A DNA stretch of 63,877 bases, the filler included, from Octopus bimaculoides (Eukaryota): NCBI RefSeq assembly GCF_001194135.2. It is 8 parts of 7 records of this genome, joined end to end, with 100 filler letters (N's around TTAATTAATTAA, not from the genome) between each part and the next. Parts side by side here need not be neighbours in the genome. Positions count along the whole stretch, not along the records: positions 47,062 to 58,229 come from NC_068990.1; positions 58,330 to 62,545 come from NC_068991.1; positions 62,646 to 63,877 come from NW_026429778.1; 5 more parts are not named here. One strand, given 5' to 3'. Under the pieces are notes generated by a model. It worked only from the letters and a program-made list of their open reading frames with translations. It was not told the DNA's origin and did not search any database. Positions 52,084 through 63,877 of the stretch are shown here, in pieces. The translations under genes and the position numbers were made by a program. The number at the start of each line of letters is the position of its first letter. Position 1 is the stretch's first letter.

Positions 52084-52632
52084 GAGTGAGAGAGTAGTGC
52101 ATGCCATCAAAGTGACACTGAGGTCAAATATACGAAGCCTAGGATGACCATCATGACTACCCCTCTGATAAAGATACACCAGACACATGCATCACAACCA
52201 TATGTGCGTGACATAGTGATCTCATATCAAGATTAACAGTGCATGACCTTGCTGGTCGGGCCCAGTTAGAATTTTATTCAGGTTGATTAGCCCATCCCGC
52301 TCAAAGGGTCCCTGAATAAGGATTGTTTAAGGATGTTGAACAAAACATCCATGTTTCCAAAGGTGAATTGACTAAACCCTAAAGAATTCCTCTCAACACA
52401 TGGCTATGACGCTCCCCCACTACTTCTGCTCGTGATCAAAGACGCACATATCGTCAGCTATTAAGGGACATGCTTAAATGGTTATGGTCAAACAACTGGC
52501 AAGCAAATCTGTGGTATTGAGCAGAATATTTTCTGTAGCCCATTTTTTTATATCATGACAAAACAATGTACATGATTACACTTACAATAAGTTAAGGTCA
52601 GAAGCTATGAGAGCCACTGCCTGGTACTGCAT
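52084..52632 (-). mobile_element. Non-coding element of about 550 bp with (TAA)n tail (candidate non-autonomous retroposon)
   Basis: No ORF; 3' end ...CTCTCTCACTC followed by (AAT)n; resembles an abundant octopus repeat recalled from memory. Confidence 0.65.
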
Positions 52633-52657
52633 CCTTATTATCATTATTATTATTATC

Positions 52658-53352
52658 GTTCAGTAGTTTTATTTTTATAATGTGCTTTCACTTCACTACC
52701 GAGCGCAGCACTGTGTGCCTTGGGTATGTGCTGTGGTTTGCTGTGATGCTCTTATGGTTACTGTATTGAAAGTGTTTGGCGTAGGATGTGTGCGGTGCCC
52801 AGTAGTGCAATTTTCTGTATGTTATATATATTTGTAAGTCCTGGTATTTTTGTTATGTATTTGTCTGAAAATGTTTTTATTATACGTAAGGCGCCTACTA
52901 TGATAGGAATTGCTTCTGTTTTTAGATTTCACATTCGAGTTACCTCTATTTCCAGGTTTTTGTATTTTGAAAGTTTCTCCATTTCTTTTAGGGAAACGTT
53001 TTCATCTGCTTGTATTGATACATCAATTAGAAAGCATTTTTGTCCTTCATAATCATTGACAACTATATATCTGGCCTATTGACCTTAATTTCTCTATTTG
53101 TGTGTATTGGCATATCCCAGAGTATGGTTGCTTTCTCGTTTTCTGTGACCTTTTCTGACGTGTGTTTATACCATCTTTTTCCTGTTGTTATTCCATAGTG
53201 TTGGCATAGCTTCCAGTGTATATAGGTCCCAGCTCTGTCGTGTCTGTGAATATATTCCTTTTTAGCCATTACTGGGCAGCCAGAAATGATATGATTTATT
53301 GTTTCTTGTCCATCGTCACATATTCTGCAGTTACTTGTTATGTTTCTTTTCA
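52658..53352 (-). mobile_element. R4/Dong 3' fragment (CCHC plus REL plus 3' UTR)
   Basis: CRICDDGQETINHIISGCP...ILWDMPIHTNREIKVNRPDI; (ATT)n on both sides. Confidence 0.93.
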
Positions 53353-54318
53353 TTATATTATTATTATTATTATGTTGTTTTTTTTCTTCTTTCTTCAAAT
53401 TTTCTTCCNNNNNNNNNNNNNNNNNNNNNNNNNNNNNNNNNNNNNNNNNNNNNNNNNNNNNNNNNNNNNNNNNNNNNNNNNNNNNNNNNNNNNNNNNNNN
53501 NNNNNNNNNNNNNNNNNNNNNNNNNNNNNNNNNNNNNNNNNNNNNNNNNNNNNNNNNNNNNNNNNNNNNNNNNNNNNNNNNNNNNNNNNNNNNNNNNNNN
53601 NNNNNNNNNNNNNNNNNNNNNNNNNNNNNNNNNNNNNNNNNNNNNNNNNNNNNNNNNNNNNNNNNNNNNNNNNNNNNNNNNNNNNNNNNNNNNNNNNNNN
53701 NNNNNNNNNNNNNNNNNNNNNNNNNNNNNNNNNNNNNNNNNNNNNNNNNNNNNNNNNNNNNNNNNNNNNNNNNNNNNNNNNNNNNNNNNNNNNNNNNNNN
53801 NNNNNNNNNNNNNNNNNNNNNNNNNNNNNNNNNNNNNNNNNNNNNNNNNNNNNNNNNNNNNNNNNNNNNNNNNNNNNNNNNNNNNNNNNNNNNNNNNNNN
53901 NNNNNNNNNNNNNNNNNNNNNNNNNNNNNNNNNNNNNNNNNNNNNNNNNNNNNNNNNNNNNNNNNNNNNNNNNNNNNNNNNNNNNNNNNNNNNNNNNNNN
54001 NNNNNNNNNNNNNNNNNNNNNNNNNNNNNNNNNNNNNNNNNNNNNNNNNNNNNNNNNNNNNNNNNNNNNNNNNNNNNNNNNNNNNNNNNNNNNNNNNNNN
54101 NNNNNNNNNNNNNNNNNNNNNNNNNNNNNNNNNNNNNNNNNNNNNNNNNNNNNNNNNNNNNNNNNNNNNNNNNNNNNNNNNNNNNNNNNNNNNNNNNNNN
54201 NNNNNNNNNNNNNNNNNNNNNNNNNNNNNNNNNNNNNNNNNNNNNNNNNNTGCCATGCAGAGGTTTCTGTTCCCATTTGCTAGCTAATTTTTCATGTGCT
54301 TTTGTCTTTGCAATTAAT

Positions 54319-54324
<6 letters not shown>

Positions 54325-54393
<69 letters not shown>

Positions 54394-54473
54394 CATCATC
54401 ATCATCATCATCATCATTATTATTATCATCATCATCATCATTATTATTATTATTATTATCATTATTATTATTA

Positions 54474-54530
<57 letters not shown>
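54325..54530. repeat. (ATT)n/(ATC)n microsatellite
   Basis: Direct inspection. Confidence 0.95.
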
Positions 54531-54534
<4 letters not shown>

Positions 54535-55018
54535 ATAGACTTATTTTTATCACGTGTTTTGACTGCACTACCCAGTGCAGCTTTGTCTGCCTTGGGTATA
54601 TGCTGTATTTTGTTGTGGTGCTCCTATTTTCACTCTATTGAAACTGCTTTACGTAGGATGTGCGCAGAGTTTAGTAGTGCTATTTTTTCTGAATGTTATA
54701 TACATTCGTAAGTCTAGGTGTTTTGACTGTGTATTTGTCTGAATGTCTTGTAATCATACCTAATGAGCCTATTATAATAGGGATTGTTTCTGTTTTTAGA
54801 CTCCAAATTCGGGTTACCTGTTTCCCGACCTTTGTATTTTGAGAGTTTCTGCATTTCTTTTAGAGATACATGGTCCTCTGCCGGTATTGATACAGCGATT
54901 AGAAGGCATTTTTTCTTGGTGGTCTTTTAGCCTTGATTTCTCTGTCTGTATGTGTTGGCATATTCCGAAGTATGGTTGCTTTGTCATTTTCTGAGACTTT
55001 TTCTGGGGTGTGCATACG
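54531..55018 (-). mobile_element. R4/Dong 3' fragment, older diverged copy
   Basis: HTPEKVSENDKATILRNMPTHTDREIKAKRP; 3' UTR similar to family 1. Confidence 0.85.
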
Positions 55019-55024
55019 AAAGCT

Positions 55025-56486
55025 GTCAACGTCATCGCATAGGAAATGGAAGAAGTCAGTTTTAATCTTAAGAATGTGTGATAATGGCAGGACCAAAGAT
55101 AAATCCGAAAAGCCGGTACACATGCACTTCTGCTCCTGGAAAAGCAAGCCTATGCCTTCGAATAGCATAGTAGGTTGCTGAAAACGGACCAGTTAAACTT
55201 CTGGAGTCTCTTTCAGTTTATTCCTGACCTCCAGATGTACAGGAACAGGAATGATGTTTTTAGCAGAGGGACGGCTAGTTTCACAAGCAATTAGTCTGAA
55301 AGGAAACTGTTCTTGAAAGATCGAGCAGAGGTAACGAATGTGTACGTCACCGCCGTGATAAATCACCACCTGACAGTTTTACTTTGCTCCGATCCCAATT
55401 GACCAGATCACAGCTTCTGTTCCTTCTGTAAAGTGGCGCGTTTTACTGGCCTGGCGATCTATCTGTTATCAGCACCATGCCGTAGCTGCCGATGCACAGA
55501 CACGTACTGAAGTTGCGCTACGTGTAGATTTCTTGTTTTGAGCAAATCTGGTGTCCCTTTATAAGACACGAATTCTCACAGATCATCTCTTTGAAGAAGT
55601 TGCAGTCCTGGGTCCAGAAAAGTCCACGAATGGGTGCCTGGCGCCTAGGACATGAAAATTGTAAGGCACCTACTGCCTTCTATCATTCGTGTAATGTAGT
55701 TAGTGGAACATATAGAGAACTTGTGGTTGGCAACAGCATTGACGTTTTTTAGGGAGATTCAGGCGTCGACGAGGATGATCTAGCTGCTCTGTTTCGAGAG
55801 ACTTTCGAGCTGAAGCCGATTATAGATAATTGACACGTAAGTAATGCCTGGCAGGAGTCCCCGAAATGTTCTCGGAACGTTGGAACTGTACTGAATGCAA
55901 TTGTGGAATGCCTGAGCATTGGTGACAGTTCCGTGGAACAGCTGCTGCCGCATATAGGATGAATCCGGCAATGTGCAGAGTCTATTATGAAAACCGCTTC
56001 ATCAACCACCTTTATCAAGAAAGAGTAGGCGGTGTTCGTCTGCTTACTGGCCATGGCGAAAGAATTGAGGACAGACACCTTCCTATTCGATCAAGCCCTC
56101 GGAGATGGTAGCACTCACCCAAGTAAATTCGTGAAAGATTGTATAACTATGGCAAGAATGAATAGGGTGAGTGGAACTGTTCTAAGCATGTACCTGTAGG
56201 TATAAAACAACAGTTGACTGAGGTCCAGTGCCCTTGGTGGTCAGAGCCTTTCTGGATCTGCGAATTTCCTTGATTGCAATTTGGTGGAGGCTCTCCTGTA
56301 TCAGGAGGAATGCATCATCTATGTATTCACACATTTTGCATTATTTTATGTGGAACTTTATTAATATTATTTCTCAACTCTACTCTCTTTCATCTCATCG
56401 TCTTTTTTATGTAAACCCCTCACAAATTAGAAATTGTCATTTGTAATACCCACCTCATTAGATGCCCCTGTGGCAAATAAAAGAAA
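55025..56486 (+). mobile_element. Degenerate Tx1/L1-like LINE 3' portion with 3' UTR
   Basis: GVDEDDLAALFRETFEL...AVFVCLLAMAKE..TDTFLFDQAL, homologous to the 18715 and 29201 copies; ends GCCCCTGTGGCAAATAAAAGAAA plus (ATC)n. Confidence 0.75.
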
Positions 56487-56512
56487 GCATTATCATCATC
56501 ATCATTATTATT

Positions 56513-56790
56513 GCAGTGTAGGTAAAAAATGCACCGGGGTCTTTAGTCATTTGTCAAGTCACAACAAGGCCCTCAGACAGATAATACTTTCCTTAAGATC
56601 TGCGCTGTGCCCAATAAGGCTGCTTTTTGCAAGACATCAATCTTGCATGGGATTTCCAGTTGCTTTAAGAAGTCTTGAAGTATCAATGGGATTGAGCCCA
56701 ACGCTCTGATCCCCACTGGTATGACTTTTGCATTACCCTCCCGCATTCCATACAGTCTTGCCATTTCCATTTTCAATTCGGAGTACTTGG
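56513..56790 (-). mobile_element. R4/Dong REL 3' end, third lineage
   Basis: KVIPVGIRALGSIP...LQKAALLGTAQILRKVLSV; ATT repeats at the 3' junction. Confidence 0.85.
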
Positions 56791-56929
56791 TGGTTGTACA
56801 TATATGTTCACATGTATATACAAATAAAGAGAGGAAGAGAGAGATGGGATCTCAATAACAACTCTAGTGGGAACCCCACGAATGACACATGAAATCATGA
56901 TACAACACAACCAATGAAAGAATTAACGT

Positions 56930-57090
56930 GAGAATGGAGCTATAGCCGATCATGGTGAAGGTTTCTCGCCCGGCACGTCCGAAACCTCCCGCATCAGGGG
57001 CAGTGATCTGACCTCGGACGGTCGTTATGTGTGCAAAAACAGACATAAGTGGACGAAGGAAGAGTACGATGATTTTCAGAGGGATCATGT
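56930..57090 (+). mobile_element. Possible R4-type ORF N-terminus
   Basis: KNRHKWTKEEY resembles the RxKWTxEE N-terminal motif of R4/Dong ORFs. Confidence 0.3.
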
Positions 57091-57789
57091 AATTGAACAC
57101 AATCGGCCGGATACTGCCATATTGAATAAGAAACAAATACTGTCGTGAGTACGGAGGTTGAAAAAATCATCATCATCATCATTATTATCGTTGTTGTTGT
57201 TGTTGTTGTTGTTACTATTTCTAACATAAATTACATGATCACACATTTAGAGAAAGAATCGTTAGTTGTTTAAATTGCTAATTCACTATATTTTATCAAT
57301 CCAAAAAGGTTGGAAGACAAAGTTAACTTCACAAGAAAAAGATCCAGAGCAAATACTGCAAGATACTACCAATTCCCAACAGCTTGTTGCTTCTGTAACA
57401 AACTACTGATACGGATCATTTTTAGGTCTTCTGCTCTGGTATTCAATTCTATAGACAAAGTAGCAATAATACCAGTCGATGATCGGGTAAGTACTTTTAC
57501 TCTTTCTCGGGAGCCACATTCAAAGTGTTATTATATATATAGATTTACTCCTCCTGTATGTGTGTATTTTATAAGAAAAAACATGTAATAATTGAAGTAG
57601 AAAAAAGATCAATTTCATACACGAGCTTCTGTTCGTTTATTATATGACAATAATAAGTGAGTTGTTATTTTATATATATATAAAATATATATTTTATATA
57701 TATTTCATATATATTTTATATTTTTAATACAGTGATGGCAATTATATAATACACAAGGTTTTGATCGGTATGGAGCTATAATGAAAGAG

Positions 57790-57872
57790 AATTGCCCAAT
57801 GTGCCGTACAATGGGACTGAATCCAAAGCGATATGGTTGGAAAGCAAGCTCCTCAACCACATAGCTACGCCT
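57790..57872 (-). mobile_element. SINE family A head, diverged
   Basis: GGGACTGAATCC...GCAAGCTCCTCAACCACATAGC. Confidence 0.6.
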
Positions 57873-58329
57873 ATAAAGGAGAGATACATTTTGGATAATA
57901 TACTTCTTGATACAATATGCTTAACAAAAAGATGGGATGTTTACGGCGAGAAGACCTTTGATTTTAATATTACTCGAGCAACGCAACAACTAACAACGCT
58001 ACACCATACAGGGTATTCCAGAATGAAAATGAAATTGAGCAATTTTTTTAAAAAAACTGAAACAAATTTATAAATCCTACGTCAAACTTTTATTGAAAAT
58101 TTTCAACATGTCTGTATCACTGCATACTTCAAATCTCTCTTTAGCATTGTGGAACACATTTCGAAGCATTTCAGGAATTAGCTCCTGCACTGCTAACTGA
58201 ATGTGTACTTTAAACTCAGCTAAACGATTNNNNNNNNNNNNNNNNNNNNNNNNNNNNNNNNNNNNNNNNNNNNTTAATTAATTAANNNNNNNNNNNNNNN
58301 NNNNNNNNNNNNNNNNNNNNNNNNNNNNN

Positions 58330-58389
<60 letters not shown>

Positions 58390-58396
58390 GTATGTG

Positions 58397-58605
58397 TGTG
58401 TGTGTCTTTGTGTATGTGTTTGTCCTCCACCACCGCTTGACAACCGGTGTTGGTGTGTTTACTTCCCCATAATATGCGGGGTTGTGCGAAAGTAACCGAT
58501 AGAATAAATATCTGGCTCTAAAACGATCAGCTTGGGGTCGGTTTGTTCATCTAAAATCCTTCCTGGCAGTGCTCCAGCCTGGTCGTAGTAAAATGAGTAA
58601 AAACA
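58397..58605 (+). mobile_element. SINE family A, diverged 3' half
   Basis: GCTTGACAACCGGTGTTGGTGTGTTTAC...GGGGTCGGTTTG. Confidence 0.75.
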
Positions 58606-58874
58606 AGTTGAAGATAAACGACAGAGAAGATATACATGAGTATATACATGTGTATATGTGTGTGTAGAGATTGTTTGAAGTGCAGTACAGATTTCATGGA
58701 GTATGAGAAGAACTTTGGATAATTATTTATTTAGCGTTTTAATCTCATTTCAGATTCATTCATGATAAAACTTTGAATCAATGAATTTGAAACGAGATGA
58801 AAACGCTCAATAAATGATTATCAGAAATTGACAATCTCCTTTTTCTTAATATATGTAAATGTATGTAAATGTAT

Positions 58875-59148
58875 ATGCATCGCCAGCGCCGGGACCAACT
58901 TCGTGCTACCATGAAGGCACGCTGGGAAAACGCTGGGAAAACGCTGGCAAAACGCTGCTCCTCTAAATGGAAACGTTATTTGCCAGTGCGGTTTTGTGGC
59001 AAGAAGCAAAACAGGCCTTGGCATTCACTGAAGAAAACAGTAAATGATTCACAAGCATTTCAGCAAACTGTGTCCTCAACTTGTTCCCTTTGCCGAAAGG
59101 TTTGTAAAGCACCAGCAGGCCTCAAAAGATACATTCGTCTCCATAGAA
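58875..59148 (+). mobile_element. RTE-clade LINE C-terminal fragment
   Basis: TCSLCRKVCKAPAGLKRYIRLH, a C2H2-like terminal motif typical of RTE ORFs; ends in (TG)n. Confidence 0.6.
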
Positions 59149-59305
59149 CATGTGTGTGTGTGTGTGTGTGTGTGTATCTTAGCGCATCATCTGATGTGAT
59201 GATTAGAGCTATAATGTCGTAAAATGGAGATATTTGTGTTGAGTTATTTGAACCTAAATCTCTTTGGTAATGGGCCGGGCACAATAGCATATTGTTGACT
59301 GCAGG

Positions 59306-59404
<99 letters not shown>

Positions 59405-59530
59405 CGGCAGACTGATAGAATAAGTAGTAGGCTTACAAAGAATAAGTCCTGGGGTCGATTTCTCCGATTACAGGCGGTGCTCCAGGATGGTCGCAGTCAA
59501 ATGACTAAAACAAATAAAAGAATAAAAGAA
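59405..59530 (+). mobile_element. SINE family A, 3' end
   Basis: GATAGAATAAGTAGTAGGCTTACAAAGAATAAGTCCTGGGGTCGATT. Confidence 0.85.
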
Positions 59531-59567
59531 TATATATATACACATACATACATACACACACACACAC

Positions 59568-59610
<43 letters not shown>

Positions 59611-60736
59611 AAGTCCCTCTTCTAAGAAGATATTACATATTCCATAGCGTACATCATAATATAGGATTAGCTCCACATTTCCCCCTCTCAACGTATCAGT
59701 TTTCAAGTCTAGTTAATGCAGAATATTAGAGAAATGCAGGAGAGTCCTGACCTATACACAGACGTATCCACACTCTAACAATCACTTTCTAATACAACTC
59801 TCACATTGTGAACAGTCGAGCCCCGACCGAACCTCACAGCAGACTTGGGAATTACCTGATACATATATGTATGTATGTTTGTAACTTTCTCACCTATATA
59901 TATATATATATATATATNNNNNNNNNNNNNNNNNNNNNNNNNNNNNNNNNNNNNNNNNNNNNNNNNNNNNNNNNNNNNNNNNNNNNNNNNNNNNNNNNNN
60001 NNNNNNNNNNNNNNNNNNNNNNNNNNNNNNNNNNNNNNNNNNNNNNNNNNNNNNNNNNNNNNNNNNNNNNNNNNNNNNNNNNNNNNNNNNNNNNNNNNNN
60101 NNNNNNNNNNNNNNNNNNNNNNNNNNNNNNNNNNNNNNNNNNNNNNNNNNNNNNNNNNNNNNNNNNNNNNNNATATATAAATATATTTATATATGTATAT
60201 ATATAAATATATATATATAAGTACATAGATAGATATATCCATACAAACACGCATACACACACATACACACTCACTTACACACTCGCACTTACACACAGAC
60301 ACACACGAACGTGTGTGTATATGTGTGTGTGATTTATGTGTGTATGTCTGTGTCTGAGTATGTGTGTGTGCGTGCATGCGCGTGTTTCTATGTGTGCTTG
60401 TGCTGATAACGCGTTTTGGTTTGTTTGCGCCCATAACTTAGTAGTTCGAGAAAGGAACCAGACTCAAAATAACTATGGATTGATTTCTTCGACTAAACGT
60501 TTCAAAGCAGTACTCCAGTTTGGTCGCAATCCAATGCTTGAACCAAGTGAATGATAAAAAGAGTGTTTTGAGAATGGCGTCCAATTTTCGATACGTTTTT
60601 GCAGCCTTTATCAATTTCATGAATTACAATTTATTGCGTACAGTATTTACATCATTAGTCCTTAACCTAAGCGGCCAATGTAATTTATGGCTATGGCCCC
60701 TTTGAGTTACTTTCCTTGCTTCTTATTACTTTAAAG

Positions 60737-61083
60737 CAGTGGTCTTCAAACGGGCCCTATATTACCCCTGGTGACTCATGTAAGACTTTTGTGGGTCCAT
60801 GCAAGCAAAATAGTAAACTGGAAATCCATTTTAGTATTTGAAAATTTCCCTGAGAAACTTTCGCCTTTCATGTATTTATTGCAAAAAACAGGTTTCTTTC
60901 GTTAACGTTTTACATAGTTCAACTTACACAAGTTAATAAGTGACTAACAAAATAGACATTTTGAAAGAAGTGTCTATAAAATTAGTTTTTAAACTAATTG
61001 TTATGGCGCGGGGGGGGGGGGCTCCACTAGAGTAAAGTAGTAATAAAATGAGTTCGTAGACAAACAATGGTTGAGAGCCCCTG
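60737..61083. mobile_element. hAT (Charlie-like) MITE, 347 bp
   Basis: CAGTGGTCTTCAAAC...GGTTGAGAGCCCCTG imperfect TIRs; 8-bp TSD CTTTAAAG/CTTTAAAC (7 of 8 match). Confidence 0.8.
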
Positions 61084-61505
61084 CTTTAAACTATACAAAT
61101 TAAACATATTCCCCTAAAATATAATCCTTCTGTCCGTAAAACCCTGTCCGTTGATCTACAAGCTTGACGAGATCGTCAAGTAGACCGAAATGTAATGTCC
61201 AGGGTGATTGTAGGCCTGGGAAAAAAGAGCTTAGGCCACTTTTCTCTGAAGCGTGTAAATTGACTTCGGGAAGATTTTCTGGCTTCCTGTTTATTACCTC
61301 CCTTTATATTTCAGAACTGGTAATAGTTTTCTTGCAAATTTCTTTCTTAAAATTCGAAGGAAGTGTCAAATGAACGAAATATTTATTTACTGCATAGGGA
61401 ATACGGTACACCATCATTTAACTTACATATACAGGCACCAACACACTTACATATTTATATATATAGAGATATATCACATACGAGCATCTACATATATGGC
61501 ATTGG

Positions 61506-61549
<44 letters not shown>

Positions 61550-61554
61550 GGTAG

Positions 61555-61735
61555 ATCGCTAGCCATTAAACCTTTTGTATTTTTTCTCCCTGTTTATTTC
61601 TGTTTTCCTTTCTGTCGAAGAGCGAAGGCACGAAACGTAAAAGACTTTCTCACTTCCCGAGCGTTAAACTAATACATCTGTTTGTTGTTTACACACCCGT
61701 CTTCGTCTTTTGTTTTGTTTTTGTAAATTCTCATT
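61555..61735 (+). mobile_element. Penelope-derived repeat with minimal hammerhead-like motif (61608-61643)
   Basis: CTTT-CTGTCGA-AGAGCGAAGGCAC-GAAAC-GTA-AAAG; flanked by (TA)n. Confidence 0.6.
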
Positions 61736-61768
61736 ATACATACATATACATATGTATATACATATGTG

Positions 61769-61805
<37 letters not shown>

Positions 61806-61909
61806 GCGATATAAATCTGTATATCTATTTATCTCTATATATGTGTATATATATATTTATATACATATGCATATATATATATATATGTATGTATATATGT
61901 ATATAGATA

Positions 61910-61997
<88 letters not shown>

Positions 61998-62387
61998 CAC
62001 GCACAGACACTCACCTACACGTAAGATATGTATATATTTCGCAATGCGTATCACAACTAAAATCGAGAAACTTGTCGTTTAAAATATTAGTTATGAATTA
62101 AAGCCGTAACGTGAATGCCTAAATGACGTATATGGAAGTGAATGAAAGCCTCTTGAAAATATTATGTGAAGGAGGTTTGTTTTTGTTCTACTGACCAGTG
62201 ACGTAATGTTTGGGTTCGATTTCATCATTCAGTAGAATGTAGTGACAAATTGTGTTGATAGATGTATATAATTGCCAGACATTTGTGTCGCCATGTCGAA
62301 ATATGTATGTAAGTGTGTATGTATGTTTTTATATTTCTGTATCTATAAAAGCAGGTATGTTAACCTACACGCGCACACTCACGCACG

Positions 62388-62453
<66 letters not shown>

Positions 62454-62645
62454 TATGCGTGTGTCTGGGTGTGTCTATCTAGCTACACGCAAATGTATAT
62501 ATATATATGTATATGTGTATATACATATATATACGTTTATATATANNNNNNNNNNNNNNNNNNNNNNNNNNNNNNNNNNNNNNNNNNNNTTAATTAATTA
62601 ANNNNNNNNNNNNNNNNNNNNNNNNNNNNNNNNNNNNNNNNNNNN

Positions 62646-63289
62646 CACAACATACTGTCATACAATGGTGGGAATAGGTTATCACTCCCTCCTGTGTTAC
62701 TATAATATTGGATATTGTGAGTTTGTCAAATTCTTCACCAGATTCCACAATCTTTGCTTCTCTGGTCACAACTGGGCAAAGAGGACGATATTTTGTGGTT
62801 ATCTTTGGTGGATCAATGGTTTTGTGTTTGTCTTGTAGAATATTTCTCTGTAAATAGTGTTCCAGGAACAATTCTAGTTTTCCAAATATAATAAATTCTT
62901 GATTGTAATCGGTTTTTTTAATGTCTTTCGTCAAAATTTCTATTCTTTGTTTAAAATCTTTTAGAAAAGTATTTTCATCCATTCCTACATATTTTTAAAA
63001 AGTACATATTTCTTCCCGAGAATTTTTCAACAAATTAATTTTGTCTTCATATGCATTGAATCTTGTGTAAAATATGTGTTTGTCCAAAATATTTCGTTTT
63101 CCCATTATTTCCCTCATTTCGTAGTCTCCTTTATGTTTTTTTTGTTTTGTTGTTGACTAAGATGAAGCTCGTTTCTCTGACATTTCTCTCCTTGAACTGT
63201 CATCTCTCTCATATTTACACCTTTTTGTTGTTGAGTCCCCTAAAGCCCTTTTCGGTGGGGTAGGTTTTGTTTGGTCTTCCATAGTGAAT
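62646..63289 (-). pseudogene. Host-like interrupted ORF (coiled-coil followed by possible beta-propeller/NHL-type start); unknown gene
   Basis: Acceptor TTTTCCTTATATTTCATGACAG; ATG at 63282; one reading frame of about 212 codons running to the gap with only two in-frame stops (TAG, TAA) and no frameshift; complex sequence MEDQTKPTPPKR...FLKDFKQRIEILTKDI...ISNIIVTQEGVITYS. Confidence 0.55.
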
Positions 63290-63877
63290 CTGTCATGAAA
63301 TATAAGGAAAACATTTAGCTTTGTGAAAATATTAAAGTTTGAGGGAGATGATGTTTACTTCATTATTTGGAACACAAAAACAAAACATTTGTGTATTTCT
63401 GTCAGCAAATTAATCTTGTCTAATTAATATTGAAACAACTTTCTGTTGGAATAATAATGATTAGAATTAAACACCTTATTACAATCTACTTTGAGATGTA
63501 TTAATAAGTTTCATTAATTACATGGAGTCTAAATATTAGCAATATTATATTCACTGGAAATGATATTTTTATTCAACATCACAAATTAATAGTTATGTGT
63601 GGTTTAGATTTATTTAACGATAATTAGTCAAAGAGATTCCCCTGCTCCAAAAGTACTCAGTAACGAGACACTTTAAGCTGTAGAGAAAATTAACTTTAAT
63701 TGGTATACATGCTATATTATGTTCCAACACACAGCAATCATGTTCAAACTTAGTTAACATGGAGCAATTAGCAAAACATAGACATGTCTATGTTACATAG
63801 ACATTTGTCAGATACAAGACAGACTGAAGATGGAATATAAGTATTACTAATGATTATATGTACTGGAAATGATGGGA

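Noticed and set aside
58920-58957. Short spaced repeats (CGCTGGGAAAA x3) as a CRISPR-like array
   Set aside because: Simple tandem 11-mer with no spacers, inside a eukaryotic LINE relic
61337-61350. Acceptor followed 5 nt later by GTAATA (microexon)
   Set aside because: Unverifiable; such motifs are frequent by chance

Overview
AT-rich eukaryotic genomic DNA, almost entirely non-coding and saturated with microsatellites and transposon relics. The SINE families and repeat content resemble an octopus genome; this is inferred from recalled repeat sequences, not from a search. The window is a chain of assembly pieces joined by seven N44-TTAATTAATTAA-N44 linkers plus many N gaps, so adjacency across linkers is not biological evidence. 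Nearly all long ORFs in the track are microsatellite or N artefacts. Real coding signal comes from retroelement fragments (R4/Dong RT plus REL endonuclease, Tx1/L1 ORF2 C-termini, RTE, Penelope), a Helitron N-terminal fossil, a mariner relic, and one host-like interrupted ORF at the right end (62646-63289, minus). Best leads: (1) a same-orientation train of R4/Dong elements and a non-coding passenger stacked in (TAA)n tracts at 47-57 kb; (2) three head-to-head SINE pairs with about 30-35 nt spacers; (3) a 3' terminal motif shared by a Tx1-like LINE and a SINE; (4) several hammerhead-ribozyme-like motifs, one with a long stem II; (5) a host-like ORF broken only by TAG and TAA. All identities are estimated by eye.
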